Source: Octopus bimaculoides (Eukaryota). From it: a stretch of 64,000 nt of DNA. The notes below the pieces were generated by a model, which saw nothing but the letters and a program-made list of their open reading frames with translations, was not told the DNA's origin and ran no database searches. Positions 1-13,055 of this stretch are shown in pieces. How positions within the stretch are numbered: position 1 is the first letter of the stretch; each line of letters starts with the position of its first letter. The DNA is taken from positions 59,293,545 to 59,357,544 of the forward strand of contig NC_068982.1 of assembly GCF_001194135.2 (NCBI RefSeq), given 5' to 3'. The position numbers and the translations under genes were made by a program.

Positions 1-966
1 AAAGGAAAAAGAATACTTCTTTAAGGAAGAGCAAAGAATACAAATGTAGGGAGGCTGATAATATAAGGGCGATAAAGAATGAGAAAATGAGAGAGTTTGG
101 TAATAAATTGAAGGAGGGGAAGGAAGCAAAGAGGAGGGGGGGGAAATATAGACACAAAGGTTTTGTGTAAGAGACTGAAAAGGTGGAGGGGGGGGAGGAA
201 GACAGACAGATAAAGAAGAAAAGAAGAGAAAGGAGTGAGCAAGAGAAGAGAAACAGAGAGAGAGGAGTATAGACAAAAAGATTTAAAATAAGAAGCTGGG
301 AAGGTGAAGAAAGGAAGATGGAGATACTCAAAGGAAAGAAGGCAAAAAAAAAAAAGGAAAAGAAAGAAAAATAAAGTAAAAAGTAAAGACAAAAAAAGAG
401 AGGAGAAAGAAGAGAATACAGGGTGAACATTGCTATTATTCTCAAGAAATAAAGTTTGATAAAGAGGAATCCCAAGAGGCTTGTTTTGGTCCAACATCCC
501 AAAGGACAGAACCCACAAGGTTATCTTTTATGCTGTATTTATACTTTAAACTTTGAACTGCTCCTGCTCTGATGATAACAGATTATCTATGTTCAATGCA
601 AGAATATCTGTCTTCTGTTTAGGCTGGGGTTATTCATCAAAGACACAGATGAGAATTCTTTTAGGCAAAAACTGCTCCTTTGTACTTCTCATTATTGGCA
701 CTTCTAGTCATTTATTTCAGAACAACATTTGGAGAATAATTTCTTAATGTCTCTTTAAGACCAATCTTTGCTTCTTTTGTTTTTATCCATTTGCCATGAA
801 GAATCTATCTATCTATCTATCTTTCTATCTTTCTATCTATTTATCTATCTATCTATCTATCTATCAGTATATCTATCTATATATCTATCAATCTATTTGC
901 CTACCTATCAACCTACCTATTTAACAATTTATCTATCTATCTATCTATCAAGTATATATTTGTGTG

Positions 967-1005
<39 letters not shown>

Positions 1006-1333
1006 NNNNNNNNNNNNNNNNNNNNNNNNNNNNNNNNNNNNNNNNNNNNNNNNNNNNNNNNNNNNNNNNNNNNNNNNNNNNNNNNNNNNNNNNNNNNNNN
1101 NNNNNNNNNNNNNNNNNNNNNNNNNNNNNNNNNNNNNNNNNNNNNNNNNNNNNNNNNNNNNNNNNNNNNNNNNNNNNNNNNNNNNNNNNNNNNNNNNNNN
1201 NNNNNNNNNNNNNNNNNNNNNNNNNNNNNNNNNNNNNNNNNNNNNNNNNNNNNNNNNNNNNNNNNNNNNNNNNNNNNNNNNNNNNNNNNNNNNNNNNNNN
1301 NNNNNNNNNNNNNNNNNNNNNNNNNNNNNNNNN

Positions 1334-1364
<31 letters not shown>

Positions 1365-1864
1365 TACACACACATACACACACACATACATGTATATCTA
1401 TTTATCTATCTATATTATATGTATGTATATATGTATTTTGTTGTCTGTGCATTTATATATGTGTATGCATATGTATGTGTCTTTCTCTCTACCTATCTTT
1501 CTGTATGTCTATATACATAACTATTCATCTATCTATCTATCTGTCTGTTTGTCTGTCTGCTTGTCCATCTATCCGTCTCTTTATCCATCCATCCATCTAT
1601 TTATTCATCCTTTTATCTATTTATCTACTTATCTTTTCTCTATTTATATTTTACTTGTTTTATATATCTATGTAAGTGTACATCTAAATATATATATAAC
1701 TATATATATATATAAATGTATTCATCATATGTGTGCGTATGCATGTGTGCATGTGTGCATGTGTATATGTATGCATATATATATATCTATGAATATATGT
1801 ATATATACACATACACATCCATCCGTCTGTCTGTCTATCTATCTATCTATCTATCTCCTATCTA

Positions 1865-2320
1865 TTATGAAATTCCTCAACTGTGATAGCCCACCAGTAA
1901 CTATCATAGAAGCATAAGTCTTCAGTAGATCTGGCTTTATGAATCCCATCCTGGCACCACAAAGAGATCCAAAGTGCCGAAGAAGATAGCTGTTAATGTT
2001 TGTCTCTTTTACCTTTGACATGATGGATGTACATGCAACAGGGCAATAGTTGCCAGGTTCAGAGGAGCAGTAGTGTAGCAAGAATGTGTACCACCCAGAG
2101 CATTCCTAGACTTTGTTCCCACTCCTGCTCCTCTCTGCTCTCTATAGTGGCTTATACAGCTGACCCAAAAGTGATGCCCTATATAAACGCTGTCTGGGGT
2201 GAACTGACCCCACTAGCTATGCAACTGCAGAGGTGTAACATATCATGGGAAAGGCACACGTTGTTGTATTTCCTAATGTTAGGATCTATTCCTGTAGAAA
2301 GAGAGAGGGGCTGAAGAATT
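1865..2320 (-). mobile_element. Decayed CR1/L2-type LINE reverse-transcriptase fragment
   Basis: Minus-strand translation SEPGNYCPVACTSIMSKVKET resembles the CR1-type RT motif (D)PGNYRP(V/I)SLTS..CK.ME; upstream TGIDPNI resembles PGPDNI; stops and frameshifts present. Confidence 0.6.
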
Positions 2321-2635
2321 TGGTAAATATAGAAACTGGTCTCCATTGTTAGAGAGAATAAAAGGGAGATTTTAAAAATGGGGTCCTTGTTTGTTTCAAG
2401 CAATTACAGAATATATATGTTGCATTTGGATGACCTTGGAAAAAGCTAGGTTTGGGAAGAATTACAATCACTCATTAGCAAATGTGTATATTCATGTATG
2501 TTTGTGGCTGGGCATATATATGTGTATGTGCGTATATATCATCATCATCGTCATCATTTTCTAAAGCAGATGCTCTTCCTGATGCCAATCATTCTGTTTC
2601 CAAGCAAGATAACATTTCCTCATGGTAAGGCAATG

Positions 2636-2830
2636 AGTTGGTAGAATCAACTGCAAGTCAGGCAAAATACTTAGTACCACTTCATCTGTCCTTACATTCT
2701 AAGTTCAAATTCCACTGTGGTTGACTTTGCTTTCATCCTTTTAGGGGTGAATAAAATAAGTACCAGGTGAACACTGGGGTCAGTTTAATTGACTCGACCC
2801 TTTTCCCAAAGTTGTTGTTCTTGTGTCAAA
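2636..2830 (+). mobile_element. tRNA-derived SINE, family C (diverged)
   Basis: Matches 13738-13970: gagttggtagaatc...gttcaaattcc...gactttgctttcatccttttaggggtgaataaaataagtacca. Confidence 0.75.
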
Positions 2831-3144
2831 ATTCAAAATAAATATTTCCCCATGGCTGGACATGTTTTCATAGAAGATTAAAGATGAAGGGCACCACTTG
2901 TATGACAGTGAGACTTGCTTACAGCTACCAAATGTTAAGACAAGAAAACACGACCACACACACACACACACACGCACATTCACACACATATATTTGATGA
3001 GCTTCTTTCAGCTTCCATTGACCAAATCCACTCACATTTCTTTGGCTGGTCTGAATAAGACACCTGTCCAAGGTGGCCCATGGTTGCACTGAAACGAAAA
3101 CAATTTAGTATGAAAGAAAATTTCTTAACCACACAGTCTATGTT

Positions 3145-3189
<45 letters not shown>

Positions 3190-3191
<2 letters not shown>

Positions 3192-3405
3192 GAAGGGGGG
3201 CTGAAAAGTTCCTGGCTTTGGGTAAAAGAAAATGCAGGAGAATCAGTTAATTATGATTTTATTCAACATATTCCCCTCTCAGATTCACTCCTATTGCAGT
3301 GATCCTTCAGTTTTTTTAAGCCCTGTAAAAGAACTAAGAAGGTTGGGCCTCCAGCTAGGTCTTTCATGATACCCTTAAAGACAGGAATTTTTCAGCACCA
3401 TTCAT
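3190..3405. mobile_element. Mariner-type MITE
   Basis: Terminal inverted repeats ggggggctgaaaagttcctggctt / aagacaggaatttttcagcacc around a non-coding interior. Confidence 0.65.
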
Positions 3406-3409
3406 ATAT

Positions 3410-3700
3410 CACAGTATCCACCAGACCATCAGATGCCTTGTTATACACCACTGGTCACAATGCACTTTCAGTTCTGTCTTGATTGTACCACTCTTATCCA
3501 TCTTGACACAAATTTCTTGACTAAATCATCTTCCTGTCATTGTGAAGATTCTCCTTGTGACCTTTTCCAATCTTTTGGATACTAAACAGCAGCTGCATGG
3601 ATCCATATGTTGTCCGCAAACCTTATGACATGTCCCATCCAACAAAACTTGTACTTTTGGTACTCTGAAATCATATCATTCATTCTGCTCCATTCTTGAA
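3410..3700 (-). mobile_element. RTE-clade LINE, C-terminal ORF fragment (decayed)
   Basis: Minus translation KYKFCWMGHVIRFADNIWIHAAAV*YPKDWKR...EDDLVKKFVSRWIRV resembles the RTE C-terminus (W.GHV.R..D.RW...V.EWYP...KR..GRP..RW.D). Confidence 0.7.
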
Positions 3701-3740
3701 TTAGCTCATTTCAAACGTTATCTCATTTTAAAAGCCAAAG

Positions 3741-3771
<31 letters not shown>

Positions 3772-3940
3772 NNNNNNNNNNNNNNNNNNNNNNNNNNNNN
3801 NNNNNNNNNNNNNNNNNNNNNNNNNNNNNNNNNNNNNNNNNNNNNNNNNNNNNNNNNNNNNNNNNNNNNNNNNNNNNNNNNNNNNNNNNNNNNNNNNNNN
3901 NNNNNNNNNNNNNNNNNNNNNNNNNNNNNNNNNNNNNNNN

Positions 3941-4140
3941 TATATTGAGTTGGCAACTAAGTTCCCACTGTTTTTTAAAATTAAAATTAAGATTTTTAAA
4001 AGGGTTTAATAAAAAATAACTAATTAATTAATAATGTATTCACCCTTGTTGTTTACAACTTCTTCCCAACATCCAACAAGATTTTCAATAATTCGTTGGT
4101 AGAAATCACTTGATTTTGACTTGAAAATTGATCCAACCAA
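3941..4140 (-). mobile_element. Mariner 3' end fragment with one TIR
   Basis: TIR-like tattgagttggcaactaagt; minus strand encodes ...WEEVVNNKGEYIIN*, typical of the mariner transposase C-terminus. Confidence 0.65.
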
Positions 4141-4689
4141 GCTCTCAATTCTGCATCAGTATTTTATCAATATATATATATATATATATGTGTGTGTATA
4201 TATTTTTTGTGTGTTTGTGTCTCTGTCCCCATCATCATCACTTGACAACTGATGTTGGTGTGTTATGTCACTGTAAACTAGTGGTTCAGCAAAGAGAAAC
4301 TGATAGAATAAGTACTAGGCTTATAAAGAATAAGTCCTGGGGTCGATTTCTTCAACTAAAATCCATTAAGGTGGTGCTCCAGCATGGCCACAGTCAAATA
4401 AAAGAAACAAATGAAGGAAATGAAAGAAAAAAGTGCTTTTTCATTATAGTTTAACTGTAAATATATTGTTGTACATATTCATAATATAGGGGACAGAGGA
4501 GAAAGGGGTCACATGTTAATCGCATGTTACTGTGAGCCCTTTGTATTGAAAAAGGTTTTAGTATATGTTGCAGCTAAAAGAGATTTTGTAGTAGAAGAAA
4601 AGGTCATATTTAACTGACCAGGGTCCTTTTTACACTGATAATCAGCTTTACTGAGTTTTGAGTTATTTTCCCATATTTTAAACCATATG

Positions 4690-4922
4690 CAAGGTTGACC
4701 AAAAGTCAAGTGACAGCAAAACCATTTAATTCCACGATTAAAACAAAAAACTACTTTATATGAGACTTCAATAATAAATAGACAAATGTTGGAAAGCAAA
4801 CGGTGATTTTAACTCACAGCATTTAATTATTAATCATTCATAATTGGAATGAATAAATAAAATTGAATATTAAATATTTATGGAATATTCATTTACTGTC
4901 AGGTGACTTTTGGGCAACCCTG
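4690..4922. mobile_element. Tc1/mariner-type MITE
   Basis: Inverted termini caaggttgaccaaaagtcaagtgacagcaaa / tttactgtcaggtgacttttgggcaaccctg, with TA at the right end. Confidence 0.7.
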
Positions 4923-6559
4923 TATGCATGTGTTTGTACATATGTATTTGTGTGAGTATGTGTGTGTATGTGAGTATGTGCGTGTCTGTGTGTCTGTGTG
5001 TAAATATATTTCTTTTCTTTTTTTACTTGTTTCAGCTATTAGACTGTGGCCATGCTGGGGCAACACCTTGAAGAATTTTTTATTGAATACATTGATTCCA
5101 GGACTTATATTTTTTTAAGCCTAGTACTTATTCTATCTGTATCTTTTGCTGAACCACTAAGTTACGGGTATGTAAACACACCAGCACCAATTGTCAAGTA
5201 GCGGTAGTGGTGGTGGTAGGGAGAAACACAAACACAAAGACACACACACATTATTATTGTTTAACATCTGCCTCCAATGCTGGCATGGGTCGGACACACA
5301 TACACACACACACACAGATATATGACAGGCTATTTTCAATTTCTATTCACAAAATCCACTCATAGTTGCAGGTGTGGCTGTGTGGTAAGAAGCTTGGTTT
5401 CCAACAACATGGTTCTTTGTTCAGTCCCACTGCGAGACACCTTCTACTATAGACCCGAGTCTATAGAAGAAGACACTTGCCCAAGGTGCCATGCAGTGGA
5501 ACCAAACCTGGTATCATGTGATTGAAAAGCATATTGATTACACATGATCACATACATACACGTATACATGTATGTGCATATGTGCTCCTAGTTCAGATAC
5601 GCATGCATAGAAACATACACACATACGATGGGCTTCTTTTAGTTTCCATCCACTCACATGGCTTTGGTCTACCTGAGTCTATAGTAGAAGATGCCCAAGG
5701 TGCCATGCAGTGGGACTGAACCTGGAACCATGTGGTTGAGAAACAAACTTATTACCACACAGCCATGCCTGTGCTTGGTTTGTTTGTACATGCATAAGTA
5801 TACACATCAAGCTTGGCTAAATGATTAAGAACTTTGGTTTACAGTTATAAAATCCCCTGTTCAAATTCACTGTGATACCATGGGCAATTATCTTCAATCA
5901 TAGTTTTTAGAACAAAATCAGTTTGAACAGAAACTGTGAAAATCCATTGAAGGAACTATTAATATATCAGTAATTCAATTGGCCAGTTTTGTCACATGAT
6001 GTGTTGTGGTAATTCTGCTTCGGGATTATGTTAAGAGTACACGTGTCTGTGGAATACTCAGTCACTTATACTATAACTCAATGAGTTGGCAGTTCTGTTG
6101 ATTGGACAACTGAAATATTGATTGTTAAAACTAATAGAGGACCCATTTACTTTTCTATGTGTTTGCAAGTGTGTGTGATTATGTGTGTATATGTGTCACT
6201 TGTGTATGTATGTGAGTCTAGCTGTCTGGCTCTGTGTGTATGAGCATGAAATATAGCGTGCTCACAGATATACGTACATTGTACATATTTCTCAATAAGA
6301 AACCATTTCTATTGAAATATAAACCAATTTATTTATAATTTGATTCCATGGAGAAAACTATATTGGTCTTTCTCCACTCCTAATCACAACCAAAACCTTA
6401 CTGCCACCACTGCCACCCCACCCACTCCCACTACTACTACTACTACTACAATCCCCACCACCAGCATCACCACTACTGCGGCTGTTATTCCTTGTCTCTA
6501 GACCAGAAACGACATCAGCAATTTGATATTTAATATGTAAGGTGACAGCAATTGAAAGG

Positions 6560-6803
6560 AAACAAAATACAACAAAAATAATGATAATGATATTAAGAAT
6601 AACAACAATCAATAATAACAATAATAACAACAACAATAATAACAACAATAATAATAATTTCAATAATAATAATGATAATAATAATAATAATAATGATGAT
6701 GATGATGATAATAATAATAATAAGAAGAAGAAGAAGAAAAAGAATGGTGAGAGTAATGATGATGATTATAACAATGATGTCACAATACTACTACTACTAC
6801 TAC

Positions 6804-6836
<33 letters not shown>

Positions 6837-6889
6837 TGATGATGATGATGATGATAATGATGATGATGATGATAACGATAACAATAACA

Positions 6890-6929
<40 letters not shown>

Positions 6930-6939
6930 NNNNNNNNNN

Positions 6940-6979
<40 letters not shown>

Positions 6980-7175
6980 CCTGAAATTTTGTAGGGAGAG
7001 GACTAGATGGTTACATCAACACCAGTGTTTCACTGGTACTTAGTTTTTCAACCCCGAAAGGATGAAAGGCAAAGTCGACCTAGGCGGAATATGGACTCAG
7101 AACGTGAAGACAGACGAAATACCGCTATGCATTTCACCCGGCGTGATAACGATTCTGCCAGCTTGCCACCTTGAC

Positions 7176-7258
<83 letters not shown>

Positions 7259-7368
7259 CAACGACAACAACAAGAATGGTGAGAGTAATGACGATAATTA
7301 TAACAATGTCACAATACTACTACTGCTACTGCTACTACTACTACTACTACCACTACTACTATTACTAT

Positions 7369-7404
<36 letters not shown>

Positions 7405-7447
7405 CACTACTACTATTACTACTACTACTACTACTACTACTACTACG

Positions 7448-7480
<33 letters not shown>

Positions 7481-7570
7481 AATAAAAGTAACAATGATGA
7501 TGATGATGATGATGATGGTGGTGATGATGATAATAACAACAATAACAATGATGATGATACGAAACAAAAA
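6560..7570. repeat. Compound trinucleotide microsatellite block (AAT/GAT/TAC/AAG), internally duplicated
   Basis: Direct reading; the unique spacer aagaatggtgagagtaatga..tataacaat..gtcacaatactac occurs at about 6740 and 7272. Confidence 0.9.
6994..7172 (-). mobile_element. tRNA-derived SINE, family C
   Basis: Reverse complement of the 13738 family; flanked by (AAT)n on both sides. Confidence 0.85.
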
Positions 7571-8425
7571 ATAATAAAAAGCAAATAAAAACATACAAGT
7601 AATGTCAAGAAAACCCATAAAATTAGCTAAAACTTTGTTTAAACCAAGACACAAAACATAGATTAAGACTATCTGTCCATGTGTTTGTGCATGTGTCTGT
7701 TTCTATGCCTTTGATGCATTTTATTGTTGTCAGCACAAGAAGAATAAGATATTCTACAATATATATATTTTGTTGTTTTGGCCACGGCAAGTAATGTTAC
7801 AGTATTATTGAATTTCATCCAATATTTATCAAATTTTCCTTCCAAGCCGCCGATATATGGAGTAAAGTGGGTTGTGTGGGATTGAGATGGGGGTGATGAA
7901 TTAAAAAACAAAGGAAAAAAAGGGACAGAACATACATATATATACGCACACACACACACACACACAGATATATATATATANNNNNNNNNNATATATATAA
8001 TATATTTGTGTATATATGACTGTTGGAAAGTAACCAGAATTGTTTTGCTACTAATTAAACCGACATTCTGCTTTATACATACTCAGTTTCATTTGAGTGC
8101 ATGTGTGTGTATATAGGTGTATTCATGTGTAGATATGCATATGTGTATATTTGTGTGTGCAGATGCATGTGTGTGTGTGTGTTTGTATGTGTGTGTGTGT
8201 GCGTGCGTGTGCAAGCTTGATGGAAATAAACAAACACACATACAGAGAGATGCGTGCATGCAGATATCGTTGACACATAAGCATATTAATTAACTGCGTA
8301 TATACTTTTAACAAAGCTTGTATATTGTATGTATTATATATATTTTTCATGCATAAACACACAGACACAACCGCTCACAAAGACACATATAAGATGACAC
8401 TACATCAATATACATACATACAAAG

Positions 8426-8457
<32 letters not shown>

Positions 8458-8565
8458 TTATATATATATATATATATTTACATATAATATTTATATGTAA
8501 TATAAATCAAATTTATATATAATATACATATATATATCTCCGTGTTTTTCTCCTTGTCTCCGTAT

Positions 8566-8602
8566 TCTTTCTGTTGAAGAGCGTAGCTCGAAACGTCAAA
8601 GA
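8566..8602 (+). ncRNA. Minimal type I hammerhead-like motif (Penelope-like pLTR type) with non-canonical core
   Basis: TCTTT-CTGTTGA-A-GAGC gta GCTC-GAAA-CG-TC-AAAGA: stem I 5 bp, stem II 4 bp, palindromic ACGT stem III; CUGUUGA replaces CUGAUGA. Confidence 0.5.
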
Positions 8603-8690
8603 CTTTCCGTATTCCCGAGCGTCATACTAATATATACTTTTGTTATTTACACCACCTGTCCTCGTCTGTTGTTATTATTTGTATATTCTC

Positions 8691-8738
<48 letters not shown>

Positions 8739-9515
8739 AATATATCTTTATACAATTTATATGATATGTGTGTGTATATTCATGCATATTCATGATAGTA
8801 AGGCACACAAAGACACATATAAGATGACACCAACACTGCAGCACTATGCTAAATATAGATACAAGTCACTCTTTATCCAGCTGAAAAGATTAAAATATCT
8901 CAAGACATGAGTGGTCATCAAAATGACTATTGATTCTCTTGTCAAACAAAATAAAAGCCATCTTCCTTCTCCGTTGTCAAACAAACGTTATCAGGTTAAT
9001 ACTTTCTTATTGTCGAAAAATAATAAGTCCAATATCTTCGGATTGTTTTTCATTACAAGCCCCAATATCTTTCTATAGTCAAGTATAAATCAAATATTTT
9101 CCCCATTGTGGGACAAAAATAATAAGGTCAATATTTTTTTTATTGTCAAGCATAACAAATCCAATAATAGGTTCACTCATACACGATATTGGCAAATACG
9201 ATAAAGCCATGTTTAGTGAGAATCTATTGGATGTAGTTAAATAAGGAATCTGTTGTGGGAACTTGTTTATAAATCCCTTGACTGTCTAATTGAGAAGGTT
9301 AATTTTCTCATAAATAGACTTATTCAGTTTGACACAATGAGCTTTAGTAATTGATTCTGTTTTAGAGCTTTCTGAATGTTATAGGCTTTAAATATGTTTT
9401 TTTACATGAAAGTAAAAGAGCATTTGCATAGTTGTTCAAATTGCTAGAAATAGCAACCAAATTAGCTTTAAATTGCATGCTAGTGCCTTAAATAAGAAAC
9501 CAAAAGGCATTAGAT

Positions 9516-10326
9516 CAGTGGTTCTCAACTGGGCTCTATATAAGATTTTTTTGTGGGGTTCTACACAAGCAAAACAATAAATTTTGCTTGCATGGAACCC
9601 CAAAATAATATATTAAGGGTCAATGAAGATGTTTTGACTTAGATGTATTTATTGTAAGAAACAGCAAAATATTAGGCTGAGGAAAAAGTCTGTGCATCGT
9701 GTTAAAATAATGTCTTTTTATATATTTTTGCAGTATGTCTTCATTCAGTTCATTATTTTAACATGACACATGACGTTTTACATAGTTTAATCTATGTAAA
9801 AACAAGTTAATGTGTGAATAACAAAATAGGCACAGGAGTGGCTGTGTGGTAAGTTGCTTGCTTACCAACCACATGGTTCCGGGTTCAGTACCACTGCGTG
9901 GCACCTTGGGCAAGTGTCTTCTACTATAGCCTCAGGCCAACCAAAACCTTGTGAGTGGATTTGGTAGACAGAAACTGAAGGAAGCTCATCGTATATATGC
10001 ATATGTATATATATATGTGTGTGTTTGTGTGTCTGTGCTTGTCCCCCCAACATCGTTTGACAACCGATGGTAGTGTGTTTACGTCCGCGTAACTTAGCGG
10101 TTCGGCAAAAAGAGACCAATAGAATAAGTACTAGGCTTACAAAGAATAAGTCCTGAGGTCGATTTGCTCGACTAAAGGCGGTGCTCCAGCATGGCCACAG
10201 TCAAATGACTGAAACAAGTAAAAGAGTAAAAGAGTAAAGATTGAATGACTATAGGGGTCCACCAGAAGAGAATTGTAAACAAAAGGGTTCATAAATAAAA
10301 ATTTAAAAAACAGCTGAGAACCACTG
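9516..10326. mobile_element. hAT (Charlie-like) MITE with nested SINE
   Basis: TIRs cagtggttctcaac / gctgagaaccactg; perfect 8-bp TSD cattagat at 9508-9515 and 10327-10334. Confidence 0.9.
9829..10240 (+). mobile_element. tRNA-derived SINE, family A (full length, bipartite with internal microsatellite)
   Basis: A box tggctgtgtggtaag, B box ggttcagtacc, CORE-like gtggcaccttgggcaagtgt, (AAAAGAGT)n tail; near-identical copies at 28970 and 63105. Confidence 0.9.
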
Positions 10327-11700
10327 CATTAGATGATCCTGTCTGTAATAGGCACAAGGCCAGCAATTTTAGAGGGATTACAATGACACTCCCCCACCAC
10401 CATTACTCAACTTGTACTTATTTCATCGACCCTGGAAGTATGAAGAGAAAAGTTGACCTTAGCAGAATTTGAACTCAGAACGTAAAGATGCATAAGATAA
10501 TAAAATCCTAAATATTGCTAAAAAAGACTTGATGGTCATGGGAGGATATACTTATGACTGTAGGCCTGCCTGCCCAGTTAGAGTTGACTTAGAGCAAAAC
10601 TACCAAAACAACGACGACAGCAACATCACAGATATTTTCTGCTAATATTCATCACTCATTTCAGTATTGCTCCGACTTCTTCAAATTGTTTATGCTTGTC
10701 CATTCTTTTGTCTTTGATCCTATCTTGCATTTTTCTTTTTATCTTTCTCTTCCTCTTCGTCTTCTTTCTTCTTCTACTTCTTCTCTGCCTCCTCCACCTC
10801 CTCCTCCTTTTTCTTTGTGCTGTTGACCCTTGCAAGTTTCTCTCTAATCTTGACATATGTCCATACTGTGTCAATTTTTATCAGCTAACTAAAAGAAAAG
10901 CAAATTTCAGCTATAGCCATTGTCTGTCTACCAGCACCACAAAAGTTTTGGCATCAGATTCTGTACTCACATCTGACATTTTAACTGTTCATCGGTCTAT
11001 CAATCACATTTTTGTTGTTATTGTTGTTGTTGTGGCTGTTGTTGTTGTTGCTGATGCTGTCACTCGAAGAGCAAGTTATACTTTTACAGGTTCCAGCCAG
11101 TGGGCAGTGGCTATACTGAGGAACCAGCATTATTGACCCCTACATAAAAATGTTAATGCATTTTAGACATATTTAATCAGATACCAAAATAAATAAAATA
11201 TTAAAAAATATGCATACACACACAATAAAATAAAAGGCTCAGAAATCAATATATGTATATAATCAATATATCATTATTATTCCAGTAGATTACTAACATG
11301 AATTCATTGGTAAAATTGCAAAATGTAACACCATTTTTCTCTCTACCTTAAAATAGAATCTTCCATAGATGAGTCTAAATGACATTATATAGCAACCAGA
11401 CATTGGCTGTCCTTCTATGGCATATACAAAAACGCATGCTAATAACATCATCATCGCCATCATTTGACCTCCATTTTTCCATCCTGGCATAGGCTGGATG
11501 GCTTGGCAGGAACTGGAAGGGCCAAAGGCCACACCAGGTTCCATAGTCTGTTCTGGCTTCTACAGCTGGATGCTCTGCCTAACACCAGCCACTTTACAGA
11601 GTCTACATGGTTCCAGAACCCACACTGAACTTTGCATAACATTCTACAAACTTTTTACCCGAACCTTACTTAACTATATGTATGTATGTATGTATGTATG

Positions 11701-12002
11701 CAATGGCCTAGTGGTTAGGGCATAGGATCGCAGTTTTGATTCCCAGACGGGGCATTGTGAGTGTTTATTGAGCGAAAACACTTAAAAGCTCCACGAGGCT
11801 CCGGTAGGGGATGGTGGCGAACCCTGCTGTACTCTTTCACCACAACTTTCTCTCACTCTTTCTTCCTGTTTCTGTTGTGCCTGTAATTCAAAGGGTCAGC
11901 CTTGTCACACACTGTGTCACACTGAATATCCCCAAGAACTACGTTAAGGGTACACGTGTCTGTGGAGTGCTCAGCCACTTGCACGTTAATTTCACGAGCA
12001 GA
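11701..12002 (+). mobile_element. tRNA-derived SINE, family B (partial)
   Basis: Aligns by eye with 59875-60254 and the reverse complement of 48354-48735. Confidence 0.9.
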
Positions 12003-12796
12003 AAGTACTGAAATTGTGATGACTTTTAGTCAATAACTGATGAAGGATTATGTATGTCTGCATCCACTATATGCGTTTCATTCTGTTTTCATGTATGTTC
12101 CTTTGTCATCCCACTGGGTCACATTTATATTTTAAATGCATATAGACTGAGAGAGAGGGGCAGAGAGAGGGGCAGGGAGAGAGAGAAAGGTAGGAAGAGA
12201 GAGAGAGTATATTCAATTAACCAATCAAACTAGAGTAACACTGGTCATATGACTTTGTAAACAGCTTAAATATTTGCTTAGATTATCATATCGTCTGTGG
12301 AGGATAATGGCTTGATCTTCATTTCCCAAATTTCTAAATTTCTTTACATTCAAACTGAATCATTGAAAACAACAACAACAGCAACACCAACAAATACACA
12401 GAAATGATTTTCTTCTTCACTTCATCATCTTTTCCCTTTTCATATAATTATTTATTTTCCTTTTATATATATTTTTCCCCCTTTTCCCTTCTATTTAATT
12501 CCCACTCCACAAAAGCTTTTAATTTTAAACAGATGGAAAATAGAAATGACAACTATTATCTCCCTCTCTTCTTCTCTCTCCCATATGTTTATCTTTCACT
12601 TCACCCTTCCTATTTGCTCTGTTCTTACTCAATCTCTACATATTTATCCTACCAAATCCATTTGCTCAGTGCAGAATCAACAATACAAGGCTCATTGAGC
12701 TGAGACCCACAGATAACTGACAAACAAAAAAAATTAAAAGATATGGCTATATTATATGAACTCATGTATTAGTATCAGTTATATATGCATATATAT

Positions 12797-13002
12797 ATCA
12801 TCATCATCATTTAACGTCCGTTGTCCATACTGGCATGGGTTGGATAGTTTAATTGGGGCTTGTAAGCTGGAAGGTTGCACCAGACTCCAGTCAGATGTGG
12901 CATGGTTTTTATGGCTGGATGCCCTTCCTAACTTTGAGAGTATAATGGCTGCATTTACGTGCTATCAGCATGGGTACCATTTGCGTGACACCAGTATCTG
13001 CC

Positions 13003-13055
<53 letters not shown>

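Noticed and set aside
768-1917. Long ORFs such as 250, 237 and 317 aa, and similar YIYI/VCVC/NNNN/IIII ORFs across the window
   Set aside because: Translations of di-, tri- and tetranucleotide microsatellites and N gaps
8939-9170. CRISPR-like periodicity
   Set aside because: No identical repeats alternating with unique spacers, no cas genes, eukaryotic context
10656-10900. Minus-strand frames (LIKIDTVWTYVKIREKLARVN..., or Arg/Lys-rich ORF)
   Set aside because: Runs into an AG-rich low-complexity tract and a stop; no donor or homolog recognised
11081-11150. Possible plus-strand terminal exon FQPVGSGYTEEPALLTPT* with downstream AATAAA
   Set aside because: Weak polypyrimidine tract; AATAAA is common in AT-rich DNA; no upstream exons found
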